Counted from the first letter of the stretch, positions 1 through 13,043 are shown. The stretch is 64,000 nucleotides of DNA from Squalus acanthias (GCA_030390025.1 CM059432.1:16928001-16992000), one strand, 5' to 3'. Made by a program: numbers and translations. Notes: generated from the letters alone by a model not told the origin.

Positions 1-2036
1 AGTCTAGTCAAGCAGCAGCCTGACAGTCATACTCACAGAATCATACCTTTCAGCCAATGTCCCAAACTCCATCATCACCATCCCTGGGTATGTCCTGACC
101 CACCGGCAGGAGACACCCACCAGGGGTGGTGGCACAGTAGTATACAGTCGGGAAGGAGTGGCTCTGGGAGTTTTCAACATTGACTCCGGACCCCATGAAG
201 TCTCATGGCTTCAGGTCAAGCATGGACAAGGAAACCTCCTGCTGATTACCACCTACCGCCCTCCCTCAGCTGATGAATCAGTACTCCTCCATGTTGAACA
301 CCACTTGGAAGAAGCACTGAGAGTAGCAAGGGCACAGAATGTACTCTGGGTGGGGGACTTCAATATCCATCACCAAGAGTGGCTCGGTAGCACCACTACT
401 GACTGAGCTGGCCCAGTCCTTAAGGACATAGCTGCCAGTCTGGGCCAACGACAGGTGGTGAGAGAACCAACACGAGGGAAATACCTACTTGACCTTGCCC
501 TCACCAATCTACCTGTCGCAGATGCATCTGTCCATGACAGTATTGGTAGCACTGACCGCCACACAGTCACTGTGCTAAATGGGATAGATTCAGAACAGAT
601 CTAGCAGCTCAAAATTGGGCATCCATGAGGCACTGTGGGCCATCAGCAGCAGCAGAATTGTATTCCACCACAATCTGTAACCTCATGGCCCGGCATATCC
701 TTCATTTTACCATTACCATCAAGCCAGGGGACCAACCCTGGTTCAATAAGGAGTGCAGAAGAGCATTCCAGGAGCAGCGCCAGGCATACCTAAATATGCG
801 GCGCCAACCTGGGGAAGCTGCAACACAGGACTACATGCATGCTAAAAAGCAGAAGCAGCATGCTATAGACAGGGCTAAGCGATCCCACAATCAACAGATC
901 GGATCAAAGCTCTGCAGTCCTGCCACATCCAGTCGTGAATGGTGGTGTACCATTAAACAACTAAAGGGAGGAGGAGGCTCCATGAATAACCCTATCCTCC
1001 ATGATGGTGGAGCCCAGCACTTGAGTGCAAAAGACAAGGCTGAAGAGTTTGCAATCATATTCAGCCAGAAGTGTCGAGTGGATGATCCATATTGGCCTCC
1101 TCCTGAGGTCCCCACCATCACAGAAGCCAGTCTTCAGCCAATTCGATTCACTCCACGTGCTATCAAGAAACGGCTGAGCGCACTGGATACAGCAAAAACT
1201 ATGGGCCCCGACAACATCCCAGCTATCGTGCTGAAGACTTGTGCTCCAGAACTAGCCGCGCCTCTAGCCAAGCTGTTCCAGTACAGCTACAACACTGGCA
1301 TCTATCCGACAATGTGGAAAACTGCCCAGGTATGTCCTGTCCACAAAAAGCAGGACAAATCCAATCCGGCCCCATCAGTCTACTCTCAATCATCAGCAAA
1401 GTGATGGAAGGGGTCATCAACAGTGCTATCAAGCGGCACTTACTCACCAATAACCTGCTCACGGATGCCCAGTTTGGGTTCTGCCAAGACCACTCAGCTC
1501 CCGACCTCATTAGAGGATTGGTCCAAACATGTCCAAAGTAGCTGAATTCCAGAGGTGAGGTGAGAGTGACTGCCCTTGGCATCAAGGCAGCATTTGACCA
1601 GGTGTGGCATCAAGGAGCCCTAGTAAAACTGAAGGAAATCAGGGGGGAAACTCCACTGGCTGGAGTCATACCTAGCACAAAGGAAGATGGTTGTAGTGGT
1701 TGAAGGTCAATCATCACAGTCCCAAGACATCAGGGCAGTGTCCTAGGCCAAACCATCTTCAGCTGCTTCATCAGTGACCTTCCCTCCAACATAAGGTCAG
1801 AAATGGGGTTGTTCGCTGATGACTGCAGTGTTGAGTGCCATTCACAATTCCTCAGATAATGAAGCAGTCCATGCCCCCATGCAACAAGACCTGGATGACG
1901 TTCAGGCTTGGGCTGATAAGTGGCAGGTAACATTCGCGCCACACAAGTGCCATGTAATGACTATCTCCAACAAGCGAGAGTCTAACCACCGCCCCTTGAC
2001 ATTCAACGGCATTACCATCGCCGAATCCCCCACCAT
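1..2036 (+). mobile_element. Decayed non-LTR retrotransposon ORF2 (APE + RT), a second LINE family distinct from the dominant CR1
   Basis: Endonuclease motifs TYRPP and VGDFN; RT-proximal GPDNIP..PELAAPLAKLF, QFGF and LFADD. Split by stops and frameshifts. Confidence 0.9.
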
Positions 2037-2280
2037 ACAGGCAGTAAGTACCTCATACCTGTTGGACAAGGTCAAGGGCTGAGGTTTCTCCATCACTATA
2101 TCCTGAGTCTCCATACCTTCCTGACTCGCAGTCACACCCTCCTGTCCCTGACCATTGGTTAACTCTAAAGTACTGCTTAACCTAAGGGGTGTGACTGCCT
2201 CCAGGAACAAAGTGTCCAGGTAACTCTCCCCTTCCCTGATGCATCGCAATGTCTGCAGCTCGGACTCCAGCTCAACAACT
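2037..2280 (-). mobile_element. CR1 ORF1 fragment, inverted relative to the adjacent CR1 body
   Basis: Minus-strand translation VELESELQTLRCIREGESYLD...PQPLTLSNRYEVL; LxNRY/F is typical of CR1 ORF1. Confidence 0.65.
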
Positions 2281-3760
2281 TTGGCAGGGGGGATGGGCAC
2301 CAGGATGTAGCATTAGAAAGGAGAAACAAGTGCACAAAGGATTAGGAGAGACAGATAGCACTAGAGTAAGAAATAGTAAGGTATTAGGTGGAGTCAGACT
2401 AAGAGAATACAAGAAGGTCTAGGATAGGTTTAAAGTGCATGTGTGTAAACGTACGAAGCGTGGTAAATAAGGTTGGTGAGCTGCAGGCACAAATGGCCAC
2501 ATGGAAATATGATGATGTGGTGATAACGGAGACCGAGCTCAAAAAAGGGTAGGATTGGGTTTTAAATATTCCTGGATACAAGGTATTCAGGAAAGATAGG
2601 GAAGGAAAGAAAGGAGGTGGGGTGGCAGTATTGGTTAAGGAGAATGTTACAGTGCTGGAGAGAGAGGATGTCTTTGAGGGGGTCAAGGGCAGAATCTATT
2701 TGGTTAGAGTTGAGAAATAATAGAGGTGCCATTACACTACGAGGTGTATTCTATAGGCCACCAACTAGTGGGAAAGATATACAGGAGCAAATTTGCAAGG
2801 AAATTACCGAGAGGTGCAAGAGCTATAGAGTAGTGATAATGGACTTCAATTATCCTAATATAGACTGGGATAGTAATAGTGTAAAGGGCAGAGAGGGGGA
2901 AGAATTTCTGAAGTGTGTTCAGGAGAACTTTCTTGATCAGTATGTTTCCGGCCCAAGGAAGGAGGCATTGCTGGATCTGGTTCTGAGAAATGAGGTAGGT
3001 CAAGTGGAGCAGTCGGGGAACATTTATGGAAGAGTGATCATAGTATCTTAAGGTTTCGATTAGCTATGGAAAAGGACAGGCAGCAATCTAGAGTAAAAAT
3101 ACTTGATTGGAGGAAGGCAAATTTCAGTGGGTTGAGAATGGATTGGGCCCGGGTAAACTGGAATCAAAGATTGGCAGGCAAAACTGTAATCTAATGGGCT
3201 GCCTTTAAAGAGGAGATGGCTTGGGTACAGCTTTGGTCTCCTTATTTAAGGAAGGGTATACTTGCATTGGAGGCAGTTCAGAGAAGGTTCACTAGGTTGA
3301 TTCCAGAGTTGAAGGGGTTGTCTTATGAGGAAAGGTTGAGCCTATACTCATTGGAGTATAGAAGAATGAGGGGTGATCTTATTGAAACATAAGATTCTGA
3401 GGAGGCTTGACAGGGTAGATGTAGGGAGGATGTTTCCCCTCGTGGGGGAATCTAGAATTAGGGGGCAGAGTTTCAGAATAAGGGGTCGCCCATTTAAAAC
3501 AGAGATGAGGAGGAATTTCTTCTCTGAGGGTCGTGAATCTTTGGAATTCTCTACCCCAGGGAGCTGTGGAGGCTGAGTCATTGAATATATTCAAGGTGGA
3601 GATAGACAGATTTTTGAAAAACAGGGGCATCAAGGGTTATGGGGAGCGGGCAGGAAAGTGGAGTTGAGGCCAAGATCAGATCAGCCATGATCTTATTGAA
3701 TGGCAGAGAAGGCTCAAGGGGCCAAATGCCCTACTCCTGCTCCTATTTCTTATGTTCTTC
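2281..3760 (+). mobile_element. CR1 LINE, internally deleted (APE region joined to the 3' end)
   Basis: GVFYRPP, DFNYP and LLDLVL endonuclease motifs, a jump near 3230 to the C-terminal SRxRG..MRRNFF, and the CR1 tail CCTACTCCTGCTCCTATTTCTTATGTTCT. Confidence 0.9.
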
Positions 3761-5725
3761 TATAGGTATGTAAAAAGGAAAAGATTAGCAAAAGTAAATG
3801 TGGGTCCCTTACAGGCTGAGACAGGAGAAATTATAATGGGGAATAAGGAAATGGCAGAGAAATTAAACACTTTGCATCTGTCTTCACGGAAGATGACGCA
3901 AAAATCTTCCTGGAAATAGGGAGGACCAAGGGTCTAGCGAGAATGAGGAACTGAAAGAAATTAGTATTAGTAAAAAAAAAATAGTACTGGAGAAATTAAT
4001 GGGACTGAAAGCCGATAATTTCCCTGGACCTGATGACCAACATCTTAGGGTTTTGAAAGTGGTGGCTATAGTGATAGTGGATGCATTGGTTGTCATCTTC
4101 CAAAATTCCATAGATTCTAGAACGGTTCGAGAAGGATCTCTGATTATAATCGCTCAACTTTTGGTGGCCATGCCTTCTGTTGCCTGGGCCCTAAGCTCTG
4201 GAATTCACTGCCTAAACCTCGCCGCCTCTCTTTCCTCCTTTAAGACGCTCCTTAAAACCTACCTCTTTGACCAAGCTTTTGGTCACCTGCCCTAATTTAT
4301 CCTTATGTGGATCGGTGTCAAATTTGTCATAAAATACTCCTGTGCAACGTTTTACTACGTTAAAGGCGCTATATAAATACAAGTTGTTGTTCCCACAGAT
4401 TGGAAGGTAGCAAATGTAACCCCACTATTTAAGAAAGGAGGGAGAGAGAAAACGGGGAACTACAGACCAGATAGCTTGACATCAGTAGTAGGGAAAATGC
4501 TAGAATCTATTATTAAGGGTGTGGTAACAGGGCACTTAGAAAATAATAATAGGATTGGGCAGTCAACACGGATTTATGAAAGGGAAATCATGTTTGACAA
4601 ATCTGTTAGAGTTTTTTGAGGTTGTAACTAGCAGAATAGATAAGGGGGAACCAGTGGATGTGGAGTATTTGGATTTTCAGAAGACATTCGATAAGGTTCC
4701 ACACAAGAGGTTATTAAACAAAATTAGGGCTCATGGGATTGGGGGTAACATACTAGCATGGATTGAGGATTGGTTAACGGACAGAAATAGGAATAAACGG
4801 GTCATTTTCGGATTGGTAGGCTGTAACTAGTGGGGCACCGCAAGGATCCGTGCTTGGGCCTCGGCTATTCACAATCGATATCAATGATTTGGGTGAGGGG
4901 ACCAAATGTAATATATACAACTTAGCTGATGATACAAAGCTGGGTGGGAATATAAGTTGCGAGGAGGATGCAAAGAGGCTTCAAGGGGATATAGACAGGC
5001 TAAGTGAGTGGGCAAGAACATGGCAAATGGAATATAATATGGAGAAATGTGAAGTTATCCACTTTGGTAGGAAAAATAGAAAAGCAGAGCATTTTTTAAA
5101 TGGAGAGAGATTGGGAAATGTTGGTGTTCAGAGGGACCTGGGTGTCCTTGTACACAAATCACGAAGTTAACATGCAGGTACAGCAAGCAATTAGGAAAGC
5201 AAATGGTATGTTGGCCTTTATTACAAGAGGATTTGAGTATAAGAGCAAAGATGTCTTACTGCAATTATATAGGGCCCTGGTGAGACCACAGCTGGAGTAT
5301 TGTGTACAGTTTTTGTCTCCTTACCTAAGGAAGGATATACTTGCCATAGTGGGAGTGCAACAAAGGTTCACCAGACTGGTTCCTGGGATGGGGGGATTGT
5401 CCTATGAGGAGAGATTGAGTAGACTAGGCCTATATTCTCTGGAGTTTAGAAGAATGAGGGGTGATCTCATTGAAACATAAAAAATTCTTACAGGGCTTGA
5501 CAGGGTCGATGCAGGGAGGATGTTTCCCCTGGCTGGGGAGTCTAGAACCAGGGGTCACAGTCTCAGAATAAGGGGTCGGCTATTTAGGACTGAGATGAGG
5601 AGAAATTTCTTCACGCAGAGGGTGGTGAATCTTTGGAATTCTCTACCCCAGAGGGCTGTGGAGGCTCAGTCGTTGAGTATATTCAAGACAGAGATCGATA
5701 CATTTTTGGATATTAAGGGAATCTG
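3761..5725 (+). mobile_element. CR1 LINE ORF2 RT region, decayed, interrupted by an L2-type 3' tail at about 4135-4390
   Basis: QHGFMKGKSCLTNLLEFF, LDFQKTFDKVPH, LADDTKLGG and RPQLEYCVQF across broken ORFs. Confidence 0.92.
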
Positions 5726-6265
5726 ATGCCCTCCCTCCTGCACCATCTCTCCAGCCACGCATTCATCTGATCTATCCTCCTATTTCTATACTCAACTGTG
5801 ATCTCCACAGCTTTGAGCTTAATTAGCAATCTCTCAAGTGCAACTTAATCAAATGCCTTTTGGAAGTCCAGTTACACAATCTTGTACAGTTTACCACAGT
5901 CAATCTAGGTTGTTACTTACTCTAAGAAATCAAGGAAGTTAGTCAGGCAGGATCTTCCCCATATAAAGCCATGTTGATAGCTGTTTGAGGTAGTTGTACC
6001 GATAATCCTTAGGTTTAATAATGATAATCAATTCCATTATGTTACAGATAATTCCAAGTAAGGCGAATGGGTCTGTAGATGCCAGTGTCAGTTTTGTCAT
6101 TCTTTATAGATATGGGCACCAAGCTTGTTTCCAACCTACTGGCACTTCACCATGATTCACTGACTTGTTCTTGGTGACTGCCGGTGCATTGAAAATCTCC
6201 ACACTAGCAACACTCTAGGTAAAAATATTATCAAATCCTGGGAATGTATTTGTTTTAAACACTTT

Positions 6266-6953
6266 GGGGGAAAAATTGGGTCGCGCCCCCTTTGGGGTGC
6301 TAACTTCGCCAGGGCGCTACTTTTAGCGCCCCCGCGCCTGAAATTCACCGGTCGCACCACAAGAGGGAGGCGGGGCGTTACTGGAAGCGCCCCGCCTCCC
6401 TCTTGGGGCGCTGCAAGTGAATGTCACGGCGCTACGTGCCACAGAGCCACGCTCTGCGGTACTTCGCACCACGGTACTGCAGGCCATCCTCCCCTTACAG
6501 CTGGGCCTCCAGGGATCGGGAGTACCGGCAAAAGAGCCCAGCACTCAAGAGAAGTGCCGGGCTCCCGGAGCGCAGCTAGCACTCCGCTGGGGGGCTGAAC
6601 AGAAGGCCGGGGACGGCAAAGCGGGCAAGTGCTGGCAGGCGGCCAGCAACAAAAATGGCCACCCGGCACCTTCCCTTTAATTTGCGCCGCCCCGGCCGCA
6701 GGTAGGCCCCCCTTAACCCTGTCAGACATAGCGTCCGGCGGTAAGTCAGGGGGCGCTACCAAAGATCATGGCCAAGGCGCTGCGCACGGCGATGATGTCA
6801 TCGCCGGCAGCGCAGTGTCGCGGGGCGCTAACCGTTACCGCAGCCGCAAACTTCCCGCTGAATTTCACGGGAGGCGTTAGCGGCGCCACGCCCTGGCGCT
6901 AGTTTCTTTGCGTCCCGTTAGTGGGAGGCGCAAATTAACCGAATTTTTCCCCC
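6266..6953. mobile_element. GC/CpG-rich non-autonomous element (PIF/Harbinger-type MITE)
   Basis: TIRs GGGGGAAAAATT and AATTTTTCCCCC, flanked by TTT on both sides (6263-6265, 6954-6956), with an abrupt GC shift against the flanks. Confidence 0.75.
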
Positions 6954-7879
6954 TTTGAGCTTACCGAGGACTTTCATGTCAGTTATATCAAAGTCTCAAA
7001 TTTTAAGCCTCATGCTTTTCCTTGTGAATACTTTGTACTCATTCAGAATATTCACTATTATGTTCACTCAGTTTCAAGCCCATTAACATCTTTTAATGTT
7101 CTCGCCTCTTCTCCGACAGTCCTCTTGCTTTTGTAGTAGAGTTATATTTTCCCTCTGGAGCTGCAGTTCTCCCCCACAAGGTCTCTTCATCGCTCTGATC
7201 AACCTTTTTTTTTTAAAATGTGTTTCTGCATGTTTGTGTTTTTCCCCAGTAATTCCCTTCCCCTTTCTGTTGGATTTCTGGAGGTCTTTACTTCAATTTT
7301 GTCTTTACTTCACTTTTACATTGTACGTAACAATGCTTATAGTTTCGTACTTGAAATTTTTTATGCAAGCCTTTATTTTAATATTTTCAATAATAATGGA
7401 ATCTTAAATGCCATGCCTAATCTACATGCCTAAGATTATAAAAATATCATGACCTTTAATTTAAAAAAAATGCAAATTGCCAGATTTACCAATTGGGCAG
7501 ATAAAATGAATCAATTTCAATGGCGTCCTTTAGAAATGTCTACAATTATGCTTTGAGATCAAAAGTTAGTTAAGGGCTTGCTTCAAGAAACTCCAGTACA
7601 AAACACATACGCATGTCAACAGCTGCCTTCCTTTATTAAGTTATAGCAGTTACCTCTGGATAGTATTAATCTGCACGCTACATATCAGTATGTTAGGAGT
7701 ATGATTCAAGAACTGCGTGTGGAAAAATAGAGCACAAATAAGGGTCATGTAAGCCAATCAAAAAAAATGTTCCCCTACATAAACAGCAGGAAATGATTTG
7801 CTCATCCATTGAGTCAGCCAGATTGGCGTCACTCCAGCCTGTAAGCATTACACACTGTCACCAAGGTTTACAACCATAC

Positions 7880-8078
7880 TTGCAAGTAAAATCTTTCCAA
7901 ACTCAATTTCTAAAACTTCCAAAATGGATGTCTTTTCAGAGGCAAATTTCAACAGTAAACTGCAGACTATGAACAGTACCATCAGCACCCATGGAGCCAT
8001 CATAATTACAGCTATATGAACTAACACCCAGCAGAAATACAATTACTCCCCTGAGCAACCTCAACAGGCTTCAACTGC
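7880..8078 (-). other. Weak candidate 199-bp exon
   Basis: Acceptor GCTTTTTAATCAAATTAG| and donor GCAA|GTATGG in unique sequence. Both splice signals are only moderate. Confidence 0.3.
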
Positions 8079-8719
8079 CTAATTTGATTAAAAAGCATAA
8101 TTACAGTAACGAGATTATTAAAAAAGTAGTCACAGCCTTAGTGTAAAATACATTTGCATTAACAAAATGAATAAAAGGTTATCACCACATACTTCACACT
8201 CCAAAAATGCAAATACAGGATTTTCAAGCAGGAGACTGAAAGTAGTTAAGGGGGAGGTGCCGGGAATGACCAAGAGCATGATAGAAGAGGAGAGGATGTC
8301 AAAACACTTTTGAAGAAGAGAAAGGTAGCATGGCATAGTGCTTTTAGGAAAGACTTCCAAGAATCAGGGTAATAATGGTTGGAAATTCAGGCTCAGTGGA
8401 ACAGAGGAAACTAGAGACCAACAATAATCTGGAGGCGATACAGAGGACGGCTAAAAAAAAAAATCTTGGAGAAATAAAGCAAAATCATGGGAATATTTTG
8501 GAAAAAATGATAACCTTAAAATTATTCACTCTGGGACAGGGACTAAGTGTTAAAGATTGGTGCAAAGGGTGAGCAGGATTTTGTGCTGGAGGGGAATAGG
8601 CTACAAAATTCATGATGAATTCGAGGTTCTGAAGGGATACCAGTAAGGAAAACATTCGAAAAATAAATCTTTCAGGTGATTAAGGCATAGGTTAGGGAAG
8701 AGAGGAGGATGCAAATGAT

Positions 8720-8835
8720 CATTGACCTGAAACGTTAACTGTTTCTTTCTCCACAGATGCTGCCTGACCTGCTGAGTATTTCCAGCATTTTCTGTTTTTA
8801 TTTCAGATTTCCAGCATCCACAGTATTTTGCTTTT
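8720..8835 (+). mobile_element. Penelope-like 3' end, family A (hammerhead 5'-truncated)
   Basis: GACCTGAAACGTTAAC...CCACAGATGCTGCCTGACCTGCTGAG...TTTCCAGCATC matches the copies at 10.0, 10.7, 11.5 and 43.95 kb but lacks CTGATGA. Confidence 0.7.
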
Positions 8836-9980
8836 GTATGCAAATGATCATGTTGCAACTAACCAGATTGGGGTAAGGAGGATAACTCAGAAGCTCAAGC
8901 AGATTGCCGAAGTTGCACACCACCTGGTTCAACTTGAAAGGGCAGTTGAAGATGTCTTTGGTTTTACTAACATTGAGCTGAAGAAATTTTGGCTCATGCC
9001 AAATTTTATGTTGGAAACTAGTTGTATAGCATGGCCTTCGGAGTTGATGGTGGTGTTACAGGGGCAGAAGCAACTATCACCAGTAAACATGTGCAAGCTA
9101 ACACTGTGTTTGTGGATAATGTTGCTGAATAGAATGTCAAGACACTGAAAAATTGTACTTCCAAACTGGTCAGTGCAGTAAGACATTTCAAAATGCTTTA
9201 CATTAAGGAGGAATAAACAGTAGATGGCAAGCAGGAGGAAGATTTATTAAGTAGACGACGAATAAAAGATGGCGCTTCAGAACACATTTCAAAAAACTAT
9301 GTAGCCACAAGAGATTAAGCTGGTTGAGTAGATATTATAGCTGTAACAGGATGGGTAGAAATAGAACAGACCATTCCACTATTAAGACAGACCACAGCAA
9401 AGGGGCACTGGAGGAGCATATAGCGGTTGATAATGCTGAAGGGAGTAGAGAAGTCAAGGAGGAGAAGAGGGACACCATCCCACAGTCATAATCACACAAG
9501 GTATTGCTGATTTCGACCAAGCCATTTGATGTTGTGGGTAGGATAGCAGCCAGGCTGGAGGGGCTAATTCATGTACTGAAATCTCTGGAGTGTGACGAAC
9601 TCACAACCTTCTGACAGGCATCATTATGAGAAAACCCTCAAGAAGTTTGAAAACAGCAGTATGGTCAAGGCTTCGTCAAATAAAACCTTTTTAAAAAATA
9701 TGTAAGAATATAGAAGTCTTAATATATCCTAGACTTCTGCCACGCTGTGTCTGATTAGAAACCTTAAGATTGCTGTAACTTTTCAAACCTTAGAATGAGT
9801 TTTGCTTCCAATGTGGGAATACAGATCTGGTTTTTATTTCTTGGCACATAGATAACCCTTGGTTTCTCCAACACCAACCACAGCTGAGAAGGCAGATGAC
9901 CTCACAGGGTTCTCTCAACCCCTGTCTGAAGCCAGCCCATGACAACACTCTTTGGTTCCAGTACAAGTGCAACATAGAAA

Positions 9981-10108
9981 CAGCAAAATACTGCAGATGC
10001 TGGAAATCTGAAATAAAAACAGAAAATGCTGATAGCACTCAGCAGCATCCGTGAGAGAGAGTAAGATAGGGTTAACGTTTCAGGTCTTATGACCTTTCAT
10101 CAAAACCC
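9981..10108 (-). mobile_element. Penelope-like 3' end, family A, with mutated hammerhead core
   Basis: Minus strand reads GGGTT-TTGATGA-AAGGTC-ATAA-GACCT-GAAA-CGTT-AACCC (C3 changed to U). Confidence 0.7.
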
Positions 10109-10667
10109 GAAGTACGGTGAAGAGCAATCAGCATGCAACTGCAAAGTGAAAGGTCATGTTGGGAGTTTTTCAAAAAATTTACTCTAGAATGAACAACGGT
10201 AATGCAGTCGATAATATTCAGGAGGCCTTTGCTAACAGTGGACAACAGAATAGCAAGTCATGTAACGGGGCTACAGTATGGCACTGTTTTATTAGCTTAG
10301 AAATAAATAGGGTAGTCAAAAATTTCACAGTGCAAATAGATGCACCCTCCTTTAAGTGTCAATGTAATGGTAACCAAAGTCTAATATTTTGTTTTTCTCA
10401 AAATTGCTTATCCTCTGAAATGAAACAGAACTCCGCATCATTCAGACAACACACGCATGACTAATACTCCAAGGGTTAATTATTTTAAGCGCACACTCCA
10501 CCTTTTTCTAGGTAATCCACTTCATCTCTAATCCCTCTCGCACAAACATGAAATTGCTTCCCCACCTTACAGTTCCCTAGTAAACTTGGCCACTAGCTAA
10601 TGAAATTCATGCAATGAGAACAGCCTTATCTTAGTAATCACCTAATCTACATCGAGTAATTTACAAT

Positions 10668-11656
10668 AGCAAAATACTGCGGATGCTGGAAATCTGAAAT
10701 AAAAACAGAAAATGCTGGAAATATTCAGTAGGTCAGGCAGCATCTGTGGAGAGAGAAACAGAGTTAACGTTTCAGGTCGATGACCTTTCATTAGAATTCG
10801 AAAAAGTTAGAGATGCAACAGGTTTTAAGCAAATACAGAGACATGGAAAGGGCAGAGGGAGGACATAATAAAAGGGAAGCTCTATGATAGGGTGGATGAT
10901 AAAAAGGATGATGGTAATGGGACAAATAAAGAAACAAAAGATAGGTCCAGAGGTGTAAATGGGAATAGCAGAATCATTACCAACAGTTGCTGTCTGAACA
11001 AATGGCAACAGTGTTTATAATCTGAAATTGTTGAACTCAATGGCGAGTCGGGAACGCTGTAAAGTACCTAATCGAAAGATGAGGTGCTGTTCCTTGAGTT
11101 TCAATGTAATGTGTTCTCTTTGATCATGGTATTCACTGAAAAGGGAAGATTTTGCTGTGGGCTGGTGCCTGGGATGGGTATCCCCTATCAGTACACAGCT
11201 GGTGAGATTGGTCTGCACCCCTAATGTCACCTGATTTTTTTCTTCCACCCAACTCTCAGGCCACTTGAGCCTTCTCCACTTGGCTAGATTTTCCACACTT
11301 CCCTCTCCCTCTGCTGTTCTGCTATAACCATTTACACATCATCTAGCTCTCGGATACATCTTATATTTCTCTCATTATCGTCTCCTTTTGTCAAACCATC
11401 ATCACTTCTGTCATTTAATCATCTCCTGTCCTCTACCTAATCATTGACCATTTGTTTTTTCCCTCCCTGCTCCTTTTCCCTGGCTCTGTCATCCTTTAAG
11501 CTATTCACCTGCAACATCTCCTGGTTCTGATGAAATGTCATCGATCTGAAACGTTAACCCGACCTTCCTCTCGCCACAGATACTGCCTGACCTGCTGAAT
11601 GTTTCCAGCATTTTCTGTTTTTATTTCAGATTTCCAGCATCCGCAGTATTTTGCTT
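10668..11656. mobile_element. Penelope-like element remnant with inverted ends
   Basis: Minus-strand end 10668-11110 encodes KLKEQHLIFRLGTLQ..IEFNNF (GIY-YIG C-terminus-like). The same terminal sequence recurs on the plus strand at about 11520-11656. Both ends carry hammerhead-like cores. Confidence 0.75.
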
Positions 11657-12585
11657 AAGAACATAAGAAATAGGAGCAGGAGTAGGCCATTCGGTCCTTC
11701 GAGCCTGCTCCGCCATTCAATGAGATCATGGCTGATCTTCTGCCTCAACTCCATTCACCGGCCCTATCACCATATCCCTTGATGCCCTTACTAGTCAGAA
11801 ATCTATCGACTTCTGTTTTGAATATACCCAATGACTGAGCCTCCACAGCCCTCTAGGGTAGAGAATTCCAAAGATTCACCACCCTCTGTGAAGAAATTTC
11901 TTCTCATCTCATTCCTGAATGGCCTACCCTTTATCCTGAGGCTGTGGCCCCTGGTTCTTGACTCCCCAACCAAGGGAAACATTCTCCCAGCATCCATCCT
12001 ATCAAGCCCTGTAATAATTTTGTATGCTTCAATGAGATCCCCTCTCATTCTTCTGAATTCAAGAGAATACAGGCCTAGTTTACTCAATCTCTTCTCATAC
12101 GACAGTCCCACCATCCCAGAAATCAATCTCGTGAACCTTCGTTGCACTCCCTCTATGGCAAGTATATCCTTCCTTAGGAAAGGAGACCAAAATTGTACAC
12201 AGTACTCCAGGTGTGGTGTCACCAAGGCCTTATATAATTGGAGTAAGACTTCTTTACTCCTGTACTCAAATCCTCTTGTAATGAAGGCCAGCATACCATT
12301 TGCCTTCCAAATGGCTTGCTGCACCTGCACATTTACTTTCAGTGACTCATGTACAAGGGCACCCAGGTCCCTTTGAGCACCTGCATTCCCCAATCTTTCA
12401 CCATTTAGGGAATACTCTGCCTTTCTGTTTTTTCTACCAAAGTGGATAACTTCACATTTATCCACATTATATTCCATCTGCCATGTTCTCGCCCACTCAC
12501 TGAGCCTGTCGAGATCCCCTTGAAGCCTCTTCACATCCTCTTGGCAACTGACACTGCCACCTAGCTTTGTATCATCAGCAAATTT
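11657..12585 (-). mobile_element. CR1 LINE 3' portion
   Basis: ORF 11803..12534 (LQGDLDRLSEWA...HLEYCVQFWSP...SRTRGH) followed by the CR1 tail. Confidence 0.93.
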
Positions 12586-12890
12586 GCTTTTTGTTTCATT
12601 ATTTACCTCTGCCTGTCATTTACATTAATAATTTCATTTTCAAAAAAAAGGAAATAAACAACCATTTTTCAGTCTACACAAGTAGCCACTTAAAGACAAT
12701 TGTGGGCTTTTTTTTTTTAATACAGGGCCGGCTATTTAGTAATGTAAAGTGGTGTTTAATAATTCAGCACCCCTCAGGTCATAATAGACAAGTTATATTG
12801 TATTGAAAGCACCAGACTTAAAAATGAAGAAATACAAGGCTATTGTTTAAACTGGTTAATTATGCAATTTAAGTTTGGTATCTCACATAC

Positions 12891-13043
12891 CTCCACCTGC
12901 ACAATTCAAAAATTCCCAAAATTGCATTGTTCACTGTAGAATATAAATCTTCTGTACAGGAAATCGGAGCCTGTCCACTGTGTTGTTATCAAATACAAAT
13001 CCTCTCTTGATTAGTATTCCACCATGTTTCAGGAACATCGCGA
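12891..13043 (-). other. Candidate 153-bp internal exon of the minus-strand host gene (5'UTR-like, contains a uORF)
   Basis: Acceptor TTTTGATCTGTCTTTCAG| and donor GGAG|GTATGT in non-repetitive sequence. All three frames contain stops. Confidence 0.55.

Noticed and set aside
11831..12376. 181-aa plus-strand ORF
   Set aside because: Antisense shadow of CR1 ORF2.
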